Below, piece by piece: positions 37,569 to 48,158 of a DNA stretch of 64,000 nucleotides (position 1 is the stretch's first letter; each line of letters begins with the position of its first letter). A program made the translations under genes and the position numbers. Below the pieces are notes generated by a model, which was given only the letters and a program-made list of their open reading frames with translations, did no database searches and was not told where the DNA came from. The stretch is from an uncultured Chloroflexia bacterium (GTDB taxonomy: Bacteria; Chloroflexota; Limnocylindria; Limnocylindrales; CSP1-4): positions 15,465-79,464 of the forward strand of contig CAWBMD010000005.1 in assembly GCA_963789865.1 (NCBI GenBank), in the 5' to 3' direction.

Positions 37569-38060
37569 CTAGCGGTAGTTGTCGAACTGGAGCGGGACGG
37601 CCTCGTCGAGCTCACGCAGCCGGACGATGACCTTCTGCAGCTCGTCCCTGCTCTTGCCGGCCACGCGGATCGCGTCGCCCTGGATGCGCGGCTGGACCTT
37701 GGGGAACTCGTCCCGGATCAGCTTGACCAGCTTTCGCGCCAGGTCATCGGGCAGGCCGCGCCGGAGGGTGATCTCCTGGCGGACCTTGTTACCGCCCGAA
37801 GGCAGGACCTCGCCCCACTCGAAGATCTTGAGCGACAGGTTCCGGCGCACGGCCTTGGACTCGATCAGGTCCCGGATCGCCCTCGCCCGCATGTCGCTGT
37901 CGGTCACCAGGACGAGGCGCTCCTTCTCCTGTGCCAGGTCGACGTACGCACCCTTGAAGTCGTAGCGCTGCTGGACCTCGCGCCGCACCTGGTCGAGCGC
38001 GTTGCGGAGCTCCTGCTCGTCGAAATCCGAGACGACGTCGAACGAGATCTCGCCCGCCAT
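37569..38060 (-). CDS. yajQ: YajQ family cyclic-di-GMP-binding protein (UPF0234)
   Basis: MAGEISFDVVSDFDEQELRNALDQVRREVQQRYDFKG… 163 aa, the canonical YajQ N-terminus and size. Confidence 0.85.
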   Translation of the reverse strand: MAGEISFDVVSDFDEQELRNALDQVRREVQQRYDFKGAYVDLAQEKERLVLVTDSDMRARAIRDLIESKAVRRNLSLKIFEWGEVLPSGGNKVRQEITLRRGLPDDLARKLVKLIRDEFPKVQPRIQGDAIRVAGKSRDELQKVIVRLRELDEAVPLQFDNYR

Positions 38061-38071
38061 CGACCCTCCTT

Positions 38072-38458
38072 TCAGCCCGCGACGTGGTCGCGGGTCACGG
38101 CCCACAGTTTCAGGCGCATGATGCGCCCGTCCCCCCCAACCTCGGCGGAGAGGAACCCAGCCTGCCGGACCTTCGCCGCATCGGCCGTCCGGTTCCAGCT
38201 CGCATGCCAAGCCGCCAGCACGGTGTCTCCACTGACCCAGTGCCGCTCCACGGCAAGATCGTAGTGACGTTCCGCGTCGGCCGCCTCCAGCAAGTATGCC
38301 CTCAGATCGTTGTGCCCGACGAGCGGCGGCAGGAACGGGTCGAGGACGATCTGCGCGTCCTCGGCAAACAACGCCGTGGAGGCGTCCCCGTCGTATCGGA
38401 CGCGCGCCCGGGCGAGCGCCCGGAGGAGATCGAAGGCCTCCGCATAGGTGACGGTCAT
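38072..38458 (-). CDS. SnoaL-like / NTF2-family protein
   Basis: 128 aa; …LFAEDAQIVLDPF…LRAYL… pattern. Confidence 0.6.
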   Translation of the reverse strand: MTVTYAEAFDLLRALARARVRYDGDASTALFAEDAQIVLDPFLPPLVGHNDLRAYLLEAADAERHYDLAVERHWVSGDTVLAAWHASWNRTADAAKVRQAGFLSAEVGGDGRIMRLKLWAVTRDHVAG

Positions 38459-40029
38459 CGCGCCGCCAGGTGCTCGAGGAGCAGCTCGCCGATGCGGTAC
38501 GAGCGACCGCCACCCATGACCAGGACGACGTCGCCCGGTCGGACCTCGCCGGCCAGCCAGCGCGCCGTCGCCTCCACGGACCCGGGGGCAGCCACGGGGA
38601 TCGACGGCGCCAGCACGGCCACGGCACGGGCGAGACCCTCCGCTGACGCGATCGTCGTGTCCAGGTCACGACCGGCCCAGATGTCGGCGACCGCAACGCC
38701 ATCCGCCGCTGCCAGGACCTCCGCGAAGTCGTCCAGCATCGCCGCCGTCCGATGGAAGGTCAGCGGTTCGTAGACCGCCCAGGTCCTCCGCCCTGGTTCC
38801 CGCTGGCGGACGGCCGCGAGCGTTTCCCGGATCGCCGTCGGATGGTGCCCGTAGTCGTCGTAGACCACCACGCCGGACACCTCGCCCTTTCGCTCCAGCC
38901 GGCGTCCGACACCCCGGAATGTCGCCAGGCCGGCGGCGATGGCGGCGGCGCCCAGGCCGATCGCGGCGGCGGCACCCGCGACGCCCAGCGCGTTCGCCGC
39001 GTTGTGGCGACCGGCTGTCGGGAGCCTGATGGGCTGAGGACCCGCCAGCGGGTCAAGGCCGGACACCTCCAGCACCGTCACGTCCCGTCCGGCGGCGGTG
39101 ACCCGGCCGAGCAGGGGCTCCGCCGGGCCGGCACCCGTTGCGAACTGGTCCGCGATCCCGCGCGCATATCCTCCGAGCCGCTGTGGGGCGACATCGACGA
39201 GCGCCGTGGCCACGATCCGGCCGGGCCAGTCCGCGAGGCGCGCCGCCAGCTCGGCCACGCCGGCGTCGGAGACATTCGCCACGAGCACCGGGACGCGGCC
39301 GTCCGGCCGGTATTCGCCCCAGCCGCGGACCCAGGCCTCGAACGTCGCGAGGACGGCGGCTCGATCGGCGAACACGTCCGGGTGGTCCCACTCCGCGGAC
39401 GTGAGCACGGCGACCTCGGGTCGGTACGGGTCGAAGTTGCCGGCGTACTCGTCGGCCTCCACGACGAACGGCGCTCCCAGGCCGCGCCGTGCCGTCGCCG
39501 GCACGCCGATTCCGGTCAGGGCCGCCGGCAGGAGCGCACCGACGAAGGCACCCGGATCCGCGCCACCGTCCGCGAGCACGTGGACGAGCCAGCCCGACGA
39601 GGTGCTCTTCCCGTGCGTCCCCGCCACCGCCACGAGCCGCCTTCCAGCCGCCGCATCGGCGACGACCTGCTGCCATGGCTCCACGGGAACCCCGAGCTCG
39701 CGGGCCGCGCGCAGCTCCGCATGATCGGGGTCGATGGCCGTGAGCGCCTTGGTCACCGCCATGCGCGCCGGATGTGGCGTGCGCCGGACGTGAGCCGCGT
39801 CGTGTGACGGGGCAACGCGCACGCCGGCCAGCTCCAGGGCGGGCGTGTACGGGCCCGGACCGCCCGGGTCGCAGCCGTCCACGGCCGCGCCGGCCCACGC
39901 GGCGAGGAGAGACGCCGCGGATGCGCCGGCCCCGGCCGCACCGACCACGTGGATCCGCTCCCCGTCCCGGATGGGACGCGACGCCCTCGCAGCCGCGAGC
40001 CCCGCCCCGATCTCCTCGGCGCCGCGCAC
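38455..40029 (-). CDS. Mur ligase family protein (MurC/Mpl-like UDP-N-acetylmuramate-peptide ligase)
   Basis: RIHVVGAAGAGASAASLL… N-terminal Rossmann region, VAVAGTHGKSTSSGWLVHVL (P-loop), …YDDYGHHPTAI… C-terminal domain. GTG start at 40029 chosen to avoid overlapping the upstream gene. Confidence 0.75.
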   Translation of the reverse strand: MRGAEEIGAGLAAARASRPIRDGERIHVVGAAGAGASAASLLAAWAGAAVDGCDPGGPGPYTPALELAGVRVAPSHDAAHVRRTPHPARMAVTKALTAIDPDHAELRAARELGVPVEPWQQVVADAAAGRRLVAVAGTHGKSTSSGWLVHVLADGGADPGAFVGALLPAALTGIGVPATARRGLGAPFVVEADEYAGNFDPYRPEVAVLTSAEWDHPDVFADRAAVLATFEAWVRGWGEYRPDGRVPVLVANVSDAGVAELAARLADWPGRIVATALVDVAPQRLGGYARGIADQFATGAGPAEPLLGRVTAAGRDVTVLEVSGLDPLAGPQPIRLPTAGRHNAANALGVAGAAAAIGLGAAAIAAGLATFRGVGRRLERKGEVSGVVVYDDYGHHPTAIRETLAAVRQREPGRRTWAVYEPLTFHRTAAMLDDFAEVLAAADGVAVADIWAGRDLDTTIASAEGLARAVAVLAPSIPVAAPGSVEATARWLAGEVRPGDVVLVMGGGRSYRIGELLLEHLAAR

Positions 40030-40031
40030 GG

Positions 40032-40532
40032 TCACGCTCCGGCCCGCGCAGAGTCCGCCCGCTCGAAGAGCATCGCCAACGCCGCTTCCGCGGAGCTCCG
40101 CTTGTTCGCAGATCGATCGCCCACCCACAGGAACCGGCGAACGTCCGGCGCCCCGAGACCCGCGACCGCCACGTAGACCAGGCCGACTGGTTTGGCCTCG
40201 CTGCCACCATCGGGGCCGGCAACGCCGGTCACCGCCACCCCGAGGTCAGTCCCGAGCGCCAGCCGGACGCCCTCTGCCATCGCGAGCGCAACCTGCGCGG
40301 AGACCGCCCCATAAGCCGCGAGGACCTCCCGGGTGACGCCCAGGGACGAGCGCTTCACGTCATCCGCATAGGCGACGATCCCGCCGCGCAGGTATGCGGA
40401 GGAGCCGGGCACCTCCGTGATCAGGTGCGCCACGAGCCCGCCGGTGCACGATTCCGCGGTGGCAACGGTCAAGCCCAGGGCCGTGCAGCGGGCGGCGAGG
40501 CGCGCGGCGAGGTCGACGAGCGGATCCGCCAC
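40032..40532 (-). CDS. CinA C-terminal domain protein (nicotinamide-nucleotide amidohydrolase PncC-like)
   Basis: …TVATAESCTGGLVAHLITEVPGSSAYLRGGIVAYADDVK…YVAVAG…. Confidence 0.85.
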   Translation of the reverse strand: MADPLVDLAARLAARCTALGLTVATAESCTGGLVAHLITEVPGSSAYLRGGIVAYADDVKRSSLGVTREVLAAYGAVSAQVALAMAEGVRLALGTDLGVAVTGVAGPDGGSEAKPVGLVYVAVAGLGAPDVRRFLWVGDRSANKRSSAEAALAMLFERADSARAGA

Positions 40533-40533
40533 G

Positions 40534-41958
40534 TCAGGTGCGGTTGGTCTTGACCGGAGCGGCGGGCGGCGCGAACAGCCAGGTCTCGGGGTTGCTCTTC
40601 GCCGACATGCGGCCGAGGTCCGTGCCGTTCAGCGTGAAGTAGGTGGCGCTGGACTTGCCGGTGCGCACCTCGACGGTGTTCTTCGCCGTGAACGTCAGGA
40701 CCTTGCCCGGGCCGTAGACGGTGCCGGCCGTGCCGGTCTCGCTGGAGACGGTGCCGTCGACCCAGACCTTGAGCCATGCCCGGGACCCCTTGATCGTCAC
40801 GACCAGGTTGACGCCCCGGTACTGGATCGAGACGTTCCGGGTGAGCGAGACGGCCTTGCCATCCGCGGACGTGGCGGTGACCATGATCTGCCAGCTCCCG
40901 GCCGACAGGTCGAGGGGCGTGTCGAAGCTGCCGTCCGCCGCGACGTCGACCGTGACCGGCCCGACGGTCGGCGGCGCGGTTGGTGCCGGCGAGACGGCGG
41001 CGCCGGGCGCTGATGCGCTCGCCTTGGGCGTGGGCGTGGGCGGCGCAGGTGTCGGCACCGGCGCCCCGGCCGGCGCCACGAGGTTTGCCGACACGGCGAC
41101 GGTCTTCGCGTTCGTGGTGGTGCCCTTGACCGGGATGGCACCGTTCTCGAACTGGGATCCGTCCGCGGGCGAGGTGAGGTTGAGCGTCGGCGCCTCGATC
41201 ACGAGGAACGGCACCGTGATGAAGATCCGCGGCGTGCTCTCGGCAGTCTTGCCCGTGTCGGGATCCACCGCGGCGATGTCGAACTGGTTGCGGCCGCGCC
41301 GCAGGTCGACATCCTTGCTCCACTTGCCTGTCGCATCGGCCGACACCCGGTACGGCTCGTCCCGTCCGGCCGCCGTGATCGTGATCGTCGCCCCCGGGAT
41401 GGACGTGCCCTCCATCGTGTAGGTCGTCGTGTCCTCGGGCACGTCGATGACGAACTGGGACGGGTTCGTCACCGCGAGCGTCGGCGGCTTGGCGAACCGG
41501 ACCAGCTGGATCCCCATGTAGACGCCGAAGACCACGATCAGGACCGTGAGCAGGGCTGCCACGACCACGACGGGCGAGAACGTCATGCCCTGGCGTGGCG
41601 CCGCCAGGGGCTTTGGGACGGCCAGGACGGGCTCCGCGGGGATCGCCGCGTCACCGCGTTCGTTCTTCCATTGGCGCAGGACGTCGTCGGGGTCGAGGCC
41701 GAGGTAGAGCGCGTAGTTGCGCAGGAACCCCTTCGTGTAGACGGCTCCGGGGAGCTCCCGGTAGTCACCGTGCTCGAGTGCCTGCAGGTAGCGGGCGCGG
41801 ATCTTCGTGTCGCGTTCTGCCCGGGACAGGTCCACTCCCTTGCGCTCGCGCGCCGCCAGGAGCCGCTCGGGCAGGGACGGGCCCGCCTCGGTCGCGTATG
41901 CGCGATCGCCATCGCGCGCTTGCGCACGACTGCGCCGCGCGTCGTCTCGCGTGGTCAT
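40534..41958 (-). CDS. RodZ-like helix-turn-helix / DUF4115 membrane protein
   Basis: N-terminal XRE HTH (LPERLLAARERKGVDLSRAERDTKIRARYLQALEHGDY), one TM helix, Pro/Thr-rich linker, C-terminal beta domain. Confidence 0.8.
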   Translation of the reverse strand: MTTRDDARRSRAQARDGDRAYATEAGPSLPERLLAARERKGVDLSRAERDTKIRARYLQALEHGDYRELPGAVYTKGFLRNYALYLGLDPDDVLRQWKNERGDAAIPAEPVLAVPKPLAAPRQGMTFSPVVVVAALLTVLIVVFGVYMGIQLVRFAKPPTLAVTNPSQFVIDVPEDTTTYTMEGTSIPGATITITAAGRDEPYRVSADATGKWSKDVDLRRGRNQFDIAAVDPDTGKTAESTPRIFITVPFLVIEAPTLNLTSPADGSQFENGAIPVKGTTTNAKTVAVSANLVAPAGAPVPTPAPPTPTPKASASAPGAAVSPAPTAPPTVGPVTVDVAADGSFDTPLDLSAGSWQIMVTATSADGKAVSLTRNVSIQYRGVNLVVTIKGSRAWLKVWVDGTVSSETGTAGTVYGPGKVLTFTAKNTVEVRTGKSSATYFTLNGTDLGRMSAKSNPETWLFAPPAAPVKTNRT

Positions 41959-44402
41959 GCGTCGTCCTCGTCTTCCGCAGCAGCCGGACCGTCGTCACGA
42001 CGGAGGACCACCCTGGCGTTCGACCCGTCGAACGCCCCCACGTACCCGCGCGCCTCGAGCTGGTCGATGATCCGGGCGGCGCGCGCATAACCGATTCGCA
42101 GTCGCCGCTGGAGCAGCGATGCCGAAGCGCGATCGTACTCCCGGATGACCGAAACGGCATCCATCAAAAGCCGGTCCGCATCGTCGTCCGTGACGTCCTC
42201 GACGCTCCCGGTGGACTCCTCGTCGTTGTTGATGATCGAGAGGTCGTACCGCGGATCGTCGATCTGGTCGCGCCAGAACTGGGTCACGCGCCCGATCTCC
42301 GGGTCCGACACGAACACGCCCTGGAGGCGCATGGGCCGCGGCAGGTCGCTGGGCTGGTAGAGCATGTCGCCGCGGCCGATCAGGTCCTCGGCACCCGGCG
42401 AGTCGAGGATCGTCCGGCTGTCGATCTGGCTCGCCATCGCGAACGCGATGCGGCTCGGGAAGTTGGCCTTGATCAGCCCCGTGACCACGTTGACGGACGG
42501 CCGCTGCGTGGCGAGCACCATGTGGATGCCCGTGGCGCGGGCCTTCTGGGCGAGCCGGACGATCGGGTCCTCGATGTTCTTGCCCTCGCGCATCATCAGG
42601 TCCGCGAGCTCGTCGATGATGATCACGATGTACGGCAGCCGGTCCGCCGGGTCCACCCGGGTCTCGTTGTAGGCCTTGAGGTTGCGGGCGGTGGCGCCGG
42701 CGAACTGGCGGTACCGGTGCTCCATCTGGGCGACCGCCCACTTGAGGGCTGCCTTGGCACGCTCCGGCTCGGTGATGACCGGGACCAGCAGGTGCGGCAG
42801 GCCGTTGTACCCGGCGAGCTCCACGCGCTTGAGGTCCATCAGGATCATGCGCACGTCGTCCGGCGTCGCGTTGCACAGCAGGCTGGTGATGAGCGCGTTG
42901 ACCATCACGCTCTTGCCGGAGCCCGTGGCACCCGCGATCAGCAGGTGGGGCATCTTGGCGAGGTCCACGGCCTGGGCCCGGCCGGCGACGTCCCGACCCA
43001 GGGCAAAGGTCAGCCGCGTGCCGGACGCCGAGAAGTCCAGCTCCTCGAGGATCCGGCGCAACGCCACGACGTTGAACTCGGCGTTCGGGATCTCGATGCC
43101 GACCGCGCTCTTGCCCGGGATCGGCGCCTCGATCCGGATGCTCCGGGCCGCGAGCGCCATGGACAGGTCGTCCTGGAGCGCCTCGATCCGGCTGAGCTTG
43201 ATGTGCGGCGCGGGCTGGACCTCGTACTGGGTGACGACGGGGCCCGCGTTCCGGCCGATGATCCGCGCCTCGATGTCGAAGCTCGCGAGCTTCTTGACGA
43301 TGATCCCCTCGTTTCGCGCGTGGACGAGGTCCGCGTTCCCGGTGGCCGCCGGGGTGGGCACCTCGCCGGGGTCCAGGAGGTCGTGCGGCGGGAGGCGCCA
43401 TTCGATCGCCTCGCGGGTCGGCGGCGCGTCCGCGGCGCCTGTCCCGTCCTGCGCGTCGCGGGGGACGGCACCGACGGCTGCGGCGGCGAGCACGGGAGCC
43501 GCGACTCCATTGACCGCGACGCTGCCGTTCCGCTGGGGCGCGAAGGTCGCGGACGTCGGGGTCTGTGAGGGCACCGCGCCCGGGATGCCCGCGCCCGTCG
43601 CGTCCACACCCCAGACGCCCGTCTGTCCGGGTGCGTCCGCGCCCGAGATCTTGGGGGATCTGCCGCGCCGACCTGCTTCGGCGGAGCCCACTGCGGCCGC
43701 CGACCCCGCGGCCGCTCCGGCCGGACGACCGTCGGCGGTGCGCCCGGATGTCGCTCCAGCGGCCTCGGGTGCCTTCGAGGTGCGGTCCTGCAACGTGGAC
43801 CCGGCCGCGCGGGCCCCGGTGAGCAGCGGGGCGAGCAGGGCCCTGAGCGGCATGTCGAACGCGATCAGGATCCCCGTGATCATCAGTCCGACGAGGATGA
43901 TGAACGCGCCGGGCGTGGTCAGCAGGGGCGCCAGCAGGCTCTCGAGGGCACGCCCGATGCGACCACCGGTGAACTCGCCACGGAAGTTCACGACCTGGAT
44001 CACCCCCAGGAACGCGGCATAGGCGAGGGTGATCCCGAGCAGCGTCCTGCCCCACGGCGCGCCGGGCTCCCGGCCCGGTCCCCACTCCACGTACCACCCG
44101 GCGACCAGCAGGACCAGGGGGAACAGGACGCGCGCCGCCCCGAAGTAGGGCACGGTGAGGTTCCGCCACCAGTCGGTGAGCGACCCGCCGGGGAGCGCCA
44201 GCGCGATGAGCGACACCGCGCCCAGCATCAGCAGCACGATCCCGACGAGGGACCGCAGGACGGCCGGCGACAGCCCGAGCGACAGCCGCGGACGCGGCAG
44301 CCCGCCGCCCTGCCGGGACGCGGCCCTGGACGCGCGGCGCGAGCCCGCCGGTGTCCGGTTGGCCGGGGAGGAGCGCGGCGCGGAACGTCGCCGAGGAGCC
44401 AT
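41955..44402 (-). CDS. ftsK: DNA translocase FtsK/SpoIIIE
   Basis: N-terminal TM region. Motor HLLIAGATGSGKSVMVNALITSLL (Walker A), …ILMDLKRVEL…, C-terminal gamma wHTH …LLMDAVSVIREYDRASASLLQRRLRIGYARAARIIDQLEARG. Confidence 0.9.
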   Translation of the reverse strand: MAPRRRSAPRSSPANRTPAGSRRASRAASRQGGGLPRPRLSLGLSPAVLRSLVGIVLLMLGAVSLIALALPGGSLTDWWRNLTVPYFGAARVLFPLVLLVAGWYVEWGPGREPGAPWGRTLLGITLAYAAFLGVIQVVNFRGEFTGGRIGRALESLLAPLLTTPGAFIILVGLMITGILIAFDMPLRALLAPLLTGARAAGSTLQDRTSKAPEAAGATSGRTADGRPAGAAAGSAAAVGSAEAGRRGRSPKISGADAPGQTGVWGVDATGAGIPGAVPSQTPTSATFAPQRNGSVAVNGVAAPVLAAAAVGAVPRDAQDGTGAADAPPTREAIEWRLPPHDLLDPGEVPTPAATGNADLVHARNEGIIVKKLASFDIEARIIGRNAGPVVTQYEVQPAPHIKLSRIEALQDDLSMALAARSIRIEAPIPGKSAVGIEIPNAEFNVVALRRILEELDFSASGTRLTFALGRDVAGRAQAVDLAKMPHLLIAGATGSGKSVMVNALITSLLCNATPDDVRMILMDLKRVELAGYNGLPHLLVPVITEPERAKAALKWAVAQMEHRYRQFAGATARNLKAYNETRVDPADRLPYIVIIIDELADLMMREGKNIEDPIVRLAQKARATGIHMVLATQRPSVNVVTGLIKANFPSRIAFAMASQIDSRTILDSPGAEDLIGRGDMLYQPSDLPRPMRLQGVFVSDPEIGRVTQFWRDQIDDPRYDLSIINNDEESTGSVEDVTDDDADRLLMDAVSVIREYDRASASLLQRRLRIGYARAARIIDQLEARGYVGAFDGSNARVVLRRDDGPAAAEDEDDA

Positions 44403-44405
44403 CCG

Positions 44406-46073
44406 CTAGACCTCGACCACGACCGGAAACACCATCGGACGGCGCTTGGTCTGCTCGTACAGGAAGCGGGAAAGGCTGTCCTTGATCTGGGACTTGAGGA
44501 GCGCAACCTCCGAGATCCGGTCCCCGGGAGCATCGACGGCGTCGCGGATCCGGCGGATGGCCTCCTCGATGATCGGGTCCTCCTCGTTCCCGTGGACGAA
44601 GCCACGGGTGATGATCTCCGGTCGGCCCACGACGCGCCCGGTCTGCTTGTCCACCTGGACGACGATCATGAACATGCCGTCGTTCGCCAGCGCGCGACGG
44701 TCACGCAGTACCACGTCCCCCACCTCGCCGACGGACAGGCCGTCCACGTAGACATAGCCCGCGGCGACGGGCTGGCCTCGACGGGCGCTGCCGTCCGCGA
44801 AGATCTCGATCGGCGTGCCGTTCTCGATGATGAACACGTTCTCGGGCAGGACGCCGGTCTCGATCGCGAGGCGCCCGTGCTGGACCAGCATCCGGAACTC
44901 GCCGTGCATCGGGATGAAGTGCGTCGGCTTGGTGAGCCCCAGCATCAGCTTGAGCTCCTCCTGGCTCGCGTGGCCGGAGACGTGGGCCCGCTTGATCGCG
45001 TGGTAGTAGACGTTCGCGCCGGCCTTGAACAGGTTGTCGATCGTGCGCGCGACGTACTCCTCGTTGCCCGGGATCGGGCTGGCGGACACGATGACCGTAT
45101 CGCCGGGCTGGATCTCCACGAAACGGTGGTCGCGGTTGGCCATGCGCGCGAGGCCTGCCATCGGCTCGCCCTGGGCACCGGTCGTGGCGATGACGAGCTT
45201 GCCCGGGGGAATGTCCTTGATCTTGTCCTTCGCGACGATCATCGACGGCTCGTACCTGAGATAGCCGAGGTCCGTGGCGATCCGGAAGTTCTGCTCCATG
45301 GAGCGCCCGATGACGGTCACCTTGCGGCCGAGGTCGGCGGCCGCATCCAGGACCTGCTGGACCCGCGCGATGTTGCTGGCGAAGGTGGCGATGATCACGC
45401 GGCCGTCGAGCGGCTCCATGATCTCTCGGAAGGCCTCGCCGACGATCCGCTCGGACGGCGTGTAGCCCGGGTTCTCCGCCCGCGTCGAGTCCGACAGGAG
45501 GCAGATGACACCCTCCTCGCCCAGGCGGGCAAGGATGTGGAAGTCGGACAGCTTGCCGTCGACCGGCGTGTGGTCGAACTTGAAGTCGCCGGTGTGGACC
45601 ACGGTCCCGACCGGGGTGCGCAGGGCGATACCCATCGCGTCCGGGATCGAGTGGCCGATCCGGAACGGGATCGCCGTGAACGGGCCAATCTCCAGCTCGT
45701 CGCCGGGCTCGAGCGCGAGCAGCGGGTTGTTGTGGAGCTTGTGCTCCTTGATCTTGTTGCCCAGGAGGCCGCGAGCGAGCGTGCTCGCATACACGGGGAC
45801 GCCCGGGAACTCCGGCAGGACGTACGGCAGGCCGCCGACGTGGTCCTCGTGGGCGTGGGTGATGAGGAACGCGCGGACCTTGGAGCGGTTCTCCTTCAGG
45901 TACGTGACGTCGGGCACGACGAGGTCGATGCCGAACATCTCCTCGTCGGGGAACATGAGCCCGCAGTCGATGACGACGATGTCGTCTCCGTACTCGAACA
46001 CGTACATGTTCTTGCCGATCTCCCCCACCCCGCCGAGCGGGATGATGCGGAGGGGCGTGTTGGGGTCTGCCAT
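44406..46073 (-). CDS. rnj: ribonuclease J
   Basis: …LITHAHEDHVGGLPYVL (metallo-beta-lactamase HxHxDH), beta-CASP and C-terminal domain, 555 aa. Confidence 0.9.
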   Translation of the reverse strand: MADPNTPLRIIPLGGVGEIGKNMYVFEYGDDIVVIDCGLMFPDEEMFGIDLVVPDVTYLKENRSKVRAFLITHAHEDHVGGLPYVLPEFPGVPVYASTLARGLLGNKIKEHKLHNNPLLALEPGDELEIGPFTAIPFRIGHSIPDAMGIALRTPVGTVVHTGDFKFDHTPVDGKLSDFHILARLGEEGVICLLSDSTRAENPGYTPSERIVGEAFREIMEPLDGRVIIATFASNIARVQQVLDAAADLGRKVTVIGRSMEQNFRIATDLGYLRYEPSMIVAKDKIKDIPPGKLVIATTGAQGEPMAGLARMANRDHRFVEIQPGDTVIVSASPIPGNEEYVARTIDNLFKAGANVYYHAIKRAHVSGHASQEELKLMLGLTKPTHFIPMHGEFRMLVQHGRLAIETGVLPENVFIIENGTPIEIFADGSARRGQPVAAGYVYVDGLSVGEVGDVVLRDRRALANDGMFMIVVQVDKQTGRVVGRPEIITRGFVHGNEEDPIIEEAIRRIRDAVDAPGDRISEVALLKSQIKDSLSRFLYEQTKRRPMVFPVVVEV

Positions 46074-46097
46074 GGCTGTCTCGATCGTGCTTGGGTT

Positions 46098-46799
46098 TCA
46101 GAACAGGGTGAGCTGTGGGCCATCGTCGGCCGCGGGATCGGCGGGCACGATGGCTGGCGATGGTGTCGCGGTGGAGGACGCAGGCTCCGCGGCCGAGGCG
46201 GCCGCGCGGCGCTCCCGCGCCTGGACCAGGGTCTCCGGGACGCGCGCGACGTCCTCGAAGCTCTCGCGCTCGATGGCCGCTGTCCGGAGCGCGGCGGCCG
46301 GGTGGTACATCGCGAACACGAGGGCGTCGCGGGCGCCGGTCTCGGGGTCTGCGGGCGTCGTGGTGCCGTGGACCTGACCGATGCGGGCGCCCGGCATGAA
46401 CGTCCCCATGGAGTAGCGGCCGAGCGTCACGACGACCGCCGGGTCCAGCACCGCGAGCTGCCGCCGGAGGAACGGCGCACACGCGGCGATCTCGTCCGGC
46501 TGCGGGTCGCGGTTGTCCGGCGGACGGCACTTGACCACGTTGGTGATGAACACGTCATCGCGCTGCCAGCCGATGCTGCCCAGGAGGCGGACGAGCAGGC
46601 CTCCGGCGCGTCCGACGAACGGGCGGCCCTCGCGGTCCTCGTTCATCCCCGGTCCCTCGCCGACGAAGACGACCTCCGTGTCGGGGTCGCCTTCACCGGG
46701 GACGGCACGCGTCCGTCCCTCGTGGAGTCGGCAACCGGTGCAGTCCCGGACCTCGTTCGCGATCTGCTCGAGCGCCGCCAGGCGCTCGCGGCGCCTCAC
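46098..46799 (-). CDS. uracil-DNA glycosylase, family 4
   Basis: …CTGCRLHEGRTRAVPGEGDPDTEVVFVGEGPGMNEDREGRPFVGRAG…ITNVVKCRPP…. Confidence 0.85.
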   Translation of the reverse strand: MRRRERLAALEQIANEVRDCTGCRLHEGRTRAVPGEGDPDTEVVFVGEGPGMNEDREGRPFVGRAGGLLVRLLGSIGWQRDDVFITNVVKCRPPDNRDPQPDEIAACAPFLRRQLAVLDPAVVVTLGRYSMGTFMPGARIGQVHGTTTPADPETGARDALVFAMYHPAAALRTAAIERESFEDVARVPETLVQARERRAAASAAEPASSTATPSPAIVPADPAADDGPQLTLF

Positions 46800-47880
46800 C
46801 CGGGTCGTCCCCCGGACGCACCCACCGCTCGGCGCTCGCTGCCCTTCCGGATCCAGCCGCGCGCCACCAGGACCTCCGCGATCTCCACGGCGTTGGACGC
46901 CGCGCCCTTGCGCAGGTTGTCCGACACCACCCAGAACGCGAGGCCGCGGCTGTCCGCGATGGACGGGTCCTGGCGAACCCGCCCGACGAACACCAGGTCC
47001 GACCCGGCCGCGTCCATCGCGAGCGGGTAGACGTTGTTGGCCGGATCGTCCTGGACCACGACACCCTTCACGGCCGCGAACAGCTCACGCGCCCGGTCAG
47101 GGGTGATCGGGTCCCGGGTCTCGACGTGGACGGCCTCGGAATGGCTGATGAACACCGGGACGCGGACCGCCGTGCAGGAGACACGCAGGTCCGGCAGGTG
47201 GAGGATCTTGCGGCTCTCGGTGACGACCTTCCACTCCTCCTTGGTGTACCCGTTGTCGAGGAACACGTCGATGTGCGGAAGGGCGTTGAAGCCGATCACG
47301 TGCGGGTAGACGTTGGCGACCTTCTCGCGCCCCTCGGCGTGGGCCTTCACCTGCTCCTCGAGCTCGACGATGGCCTTCTGGCCGGTGCCCGCCACCGCCT
47401 GGTAGGTGTCCACGACCATCCGCTCGATGCCCACGGCATCGCGCAGCGCCATCAGCGGCGGCATGAGCTGCATCGTCGAGCAGTTGGGGTTGGCGATGAT
47501 CCCTTCGTGCCAGTCCAGGTCGTCCGGGTTGACCTGGGAGACGACGAGCGGCACGGTCGGGTCCATGCGCCAGGCGCTGGAGTTGTCCACGACCACGCAG
47601 CCGCGCTTCGCGGCCTCGGGCGCCAGCACCTTGGAGGTCCCGCCCCCGGCCGAGAAGAGCGCGATGTCCACCCCCTCGAAGGCCTCCGGAGTCGCGAGCG
47701 CAACCATGTTGTCCCGGCCCGCCACCGTCATGACGCTACCGGCCGACCGCGCCGACGCGAGAAGCCGCAGCTCCGTGTAGGGGAACTGCTTCTCCGAGAG
47801 GACCTGGATCATCGTGCGGCCGACGGCACCGGTGGCTCCGACGACGGCGACGGTGAGCTTGTCTGGGCTGGTTCCGGGCA
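46796..47880 (-). CDS. asd: aspartate-semialdehyde dehydrogenase
   Basis: KLTVAVVGATGAVGRTM…, …IIANPNCSTMQLM… (active-site Cys), …VSCTAVRVPV…H… GTG start at 47880 assumed; the ORF extends further upstream. Confidence 0.85.
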
Positions 47881-48158
47881 CGGTCCGACCTGCTAGCGAT
47901 GGGTTGTCGGGCACGCCCGGCAGTATACCAGCGGGCACCTGCCCAACCGGGCGCACCGGGCCGGGCGGTCCATCAGGCGGCCTCCGCTGCGAGCTCCGCC
48001 GCGAGCGTGCGACCGACCTCGATGGGATGCCGATGAACGCCTGCGCTGCGGGAGACCGATGGCGATCGCGATGCCAGATCAGCGCGATCCGGCGCGGCGG
48101 GAGACACGACGAAGCGCCCCGGACCCAACGACCCGGGGCATTTCGTCATACCGAAGCG

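Noticed and set aside
41595-43568. 657-aa plus-strand ORF
   Set aside because: Antisense to ftsK.
44592-47030. 812-aa plus-strand ORF
   Set aside because: Antisense shadow of RNase J, UDG and Asd, with no domain signatures.
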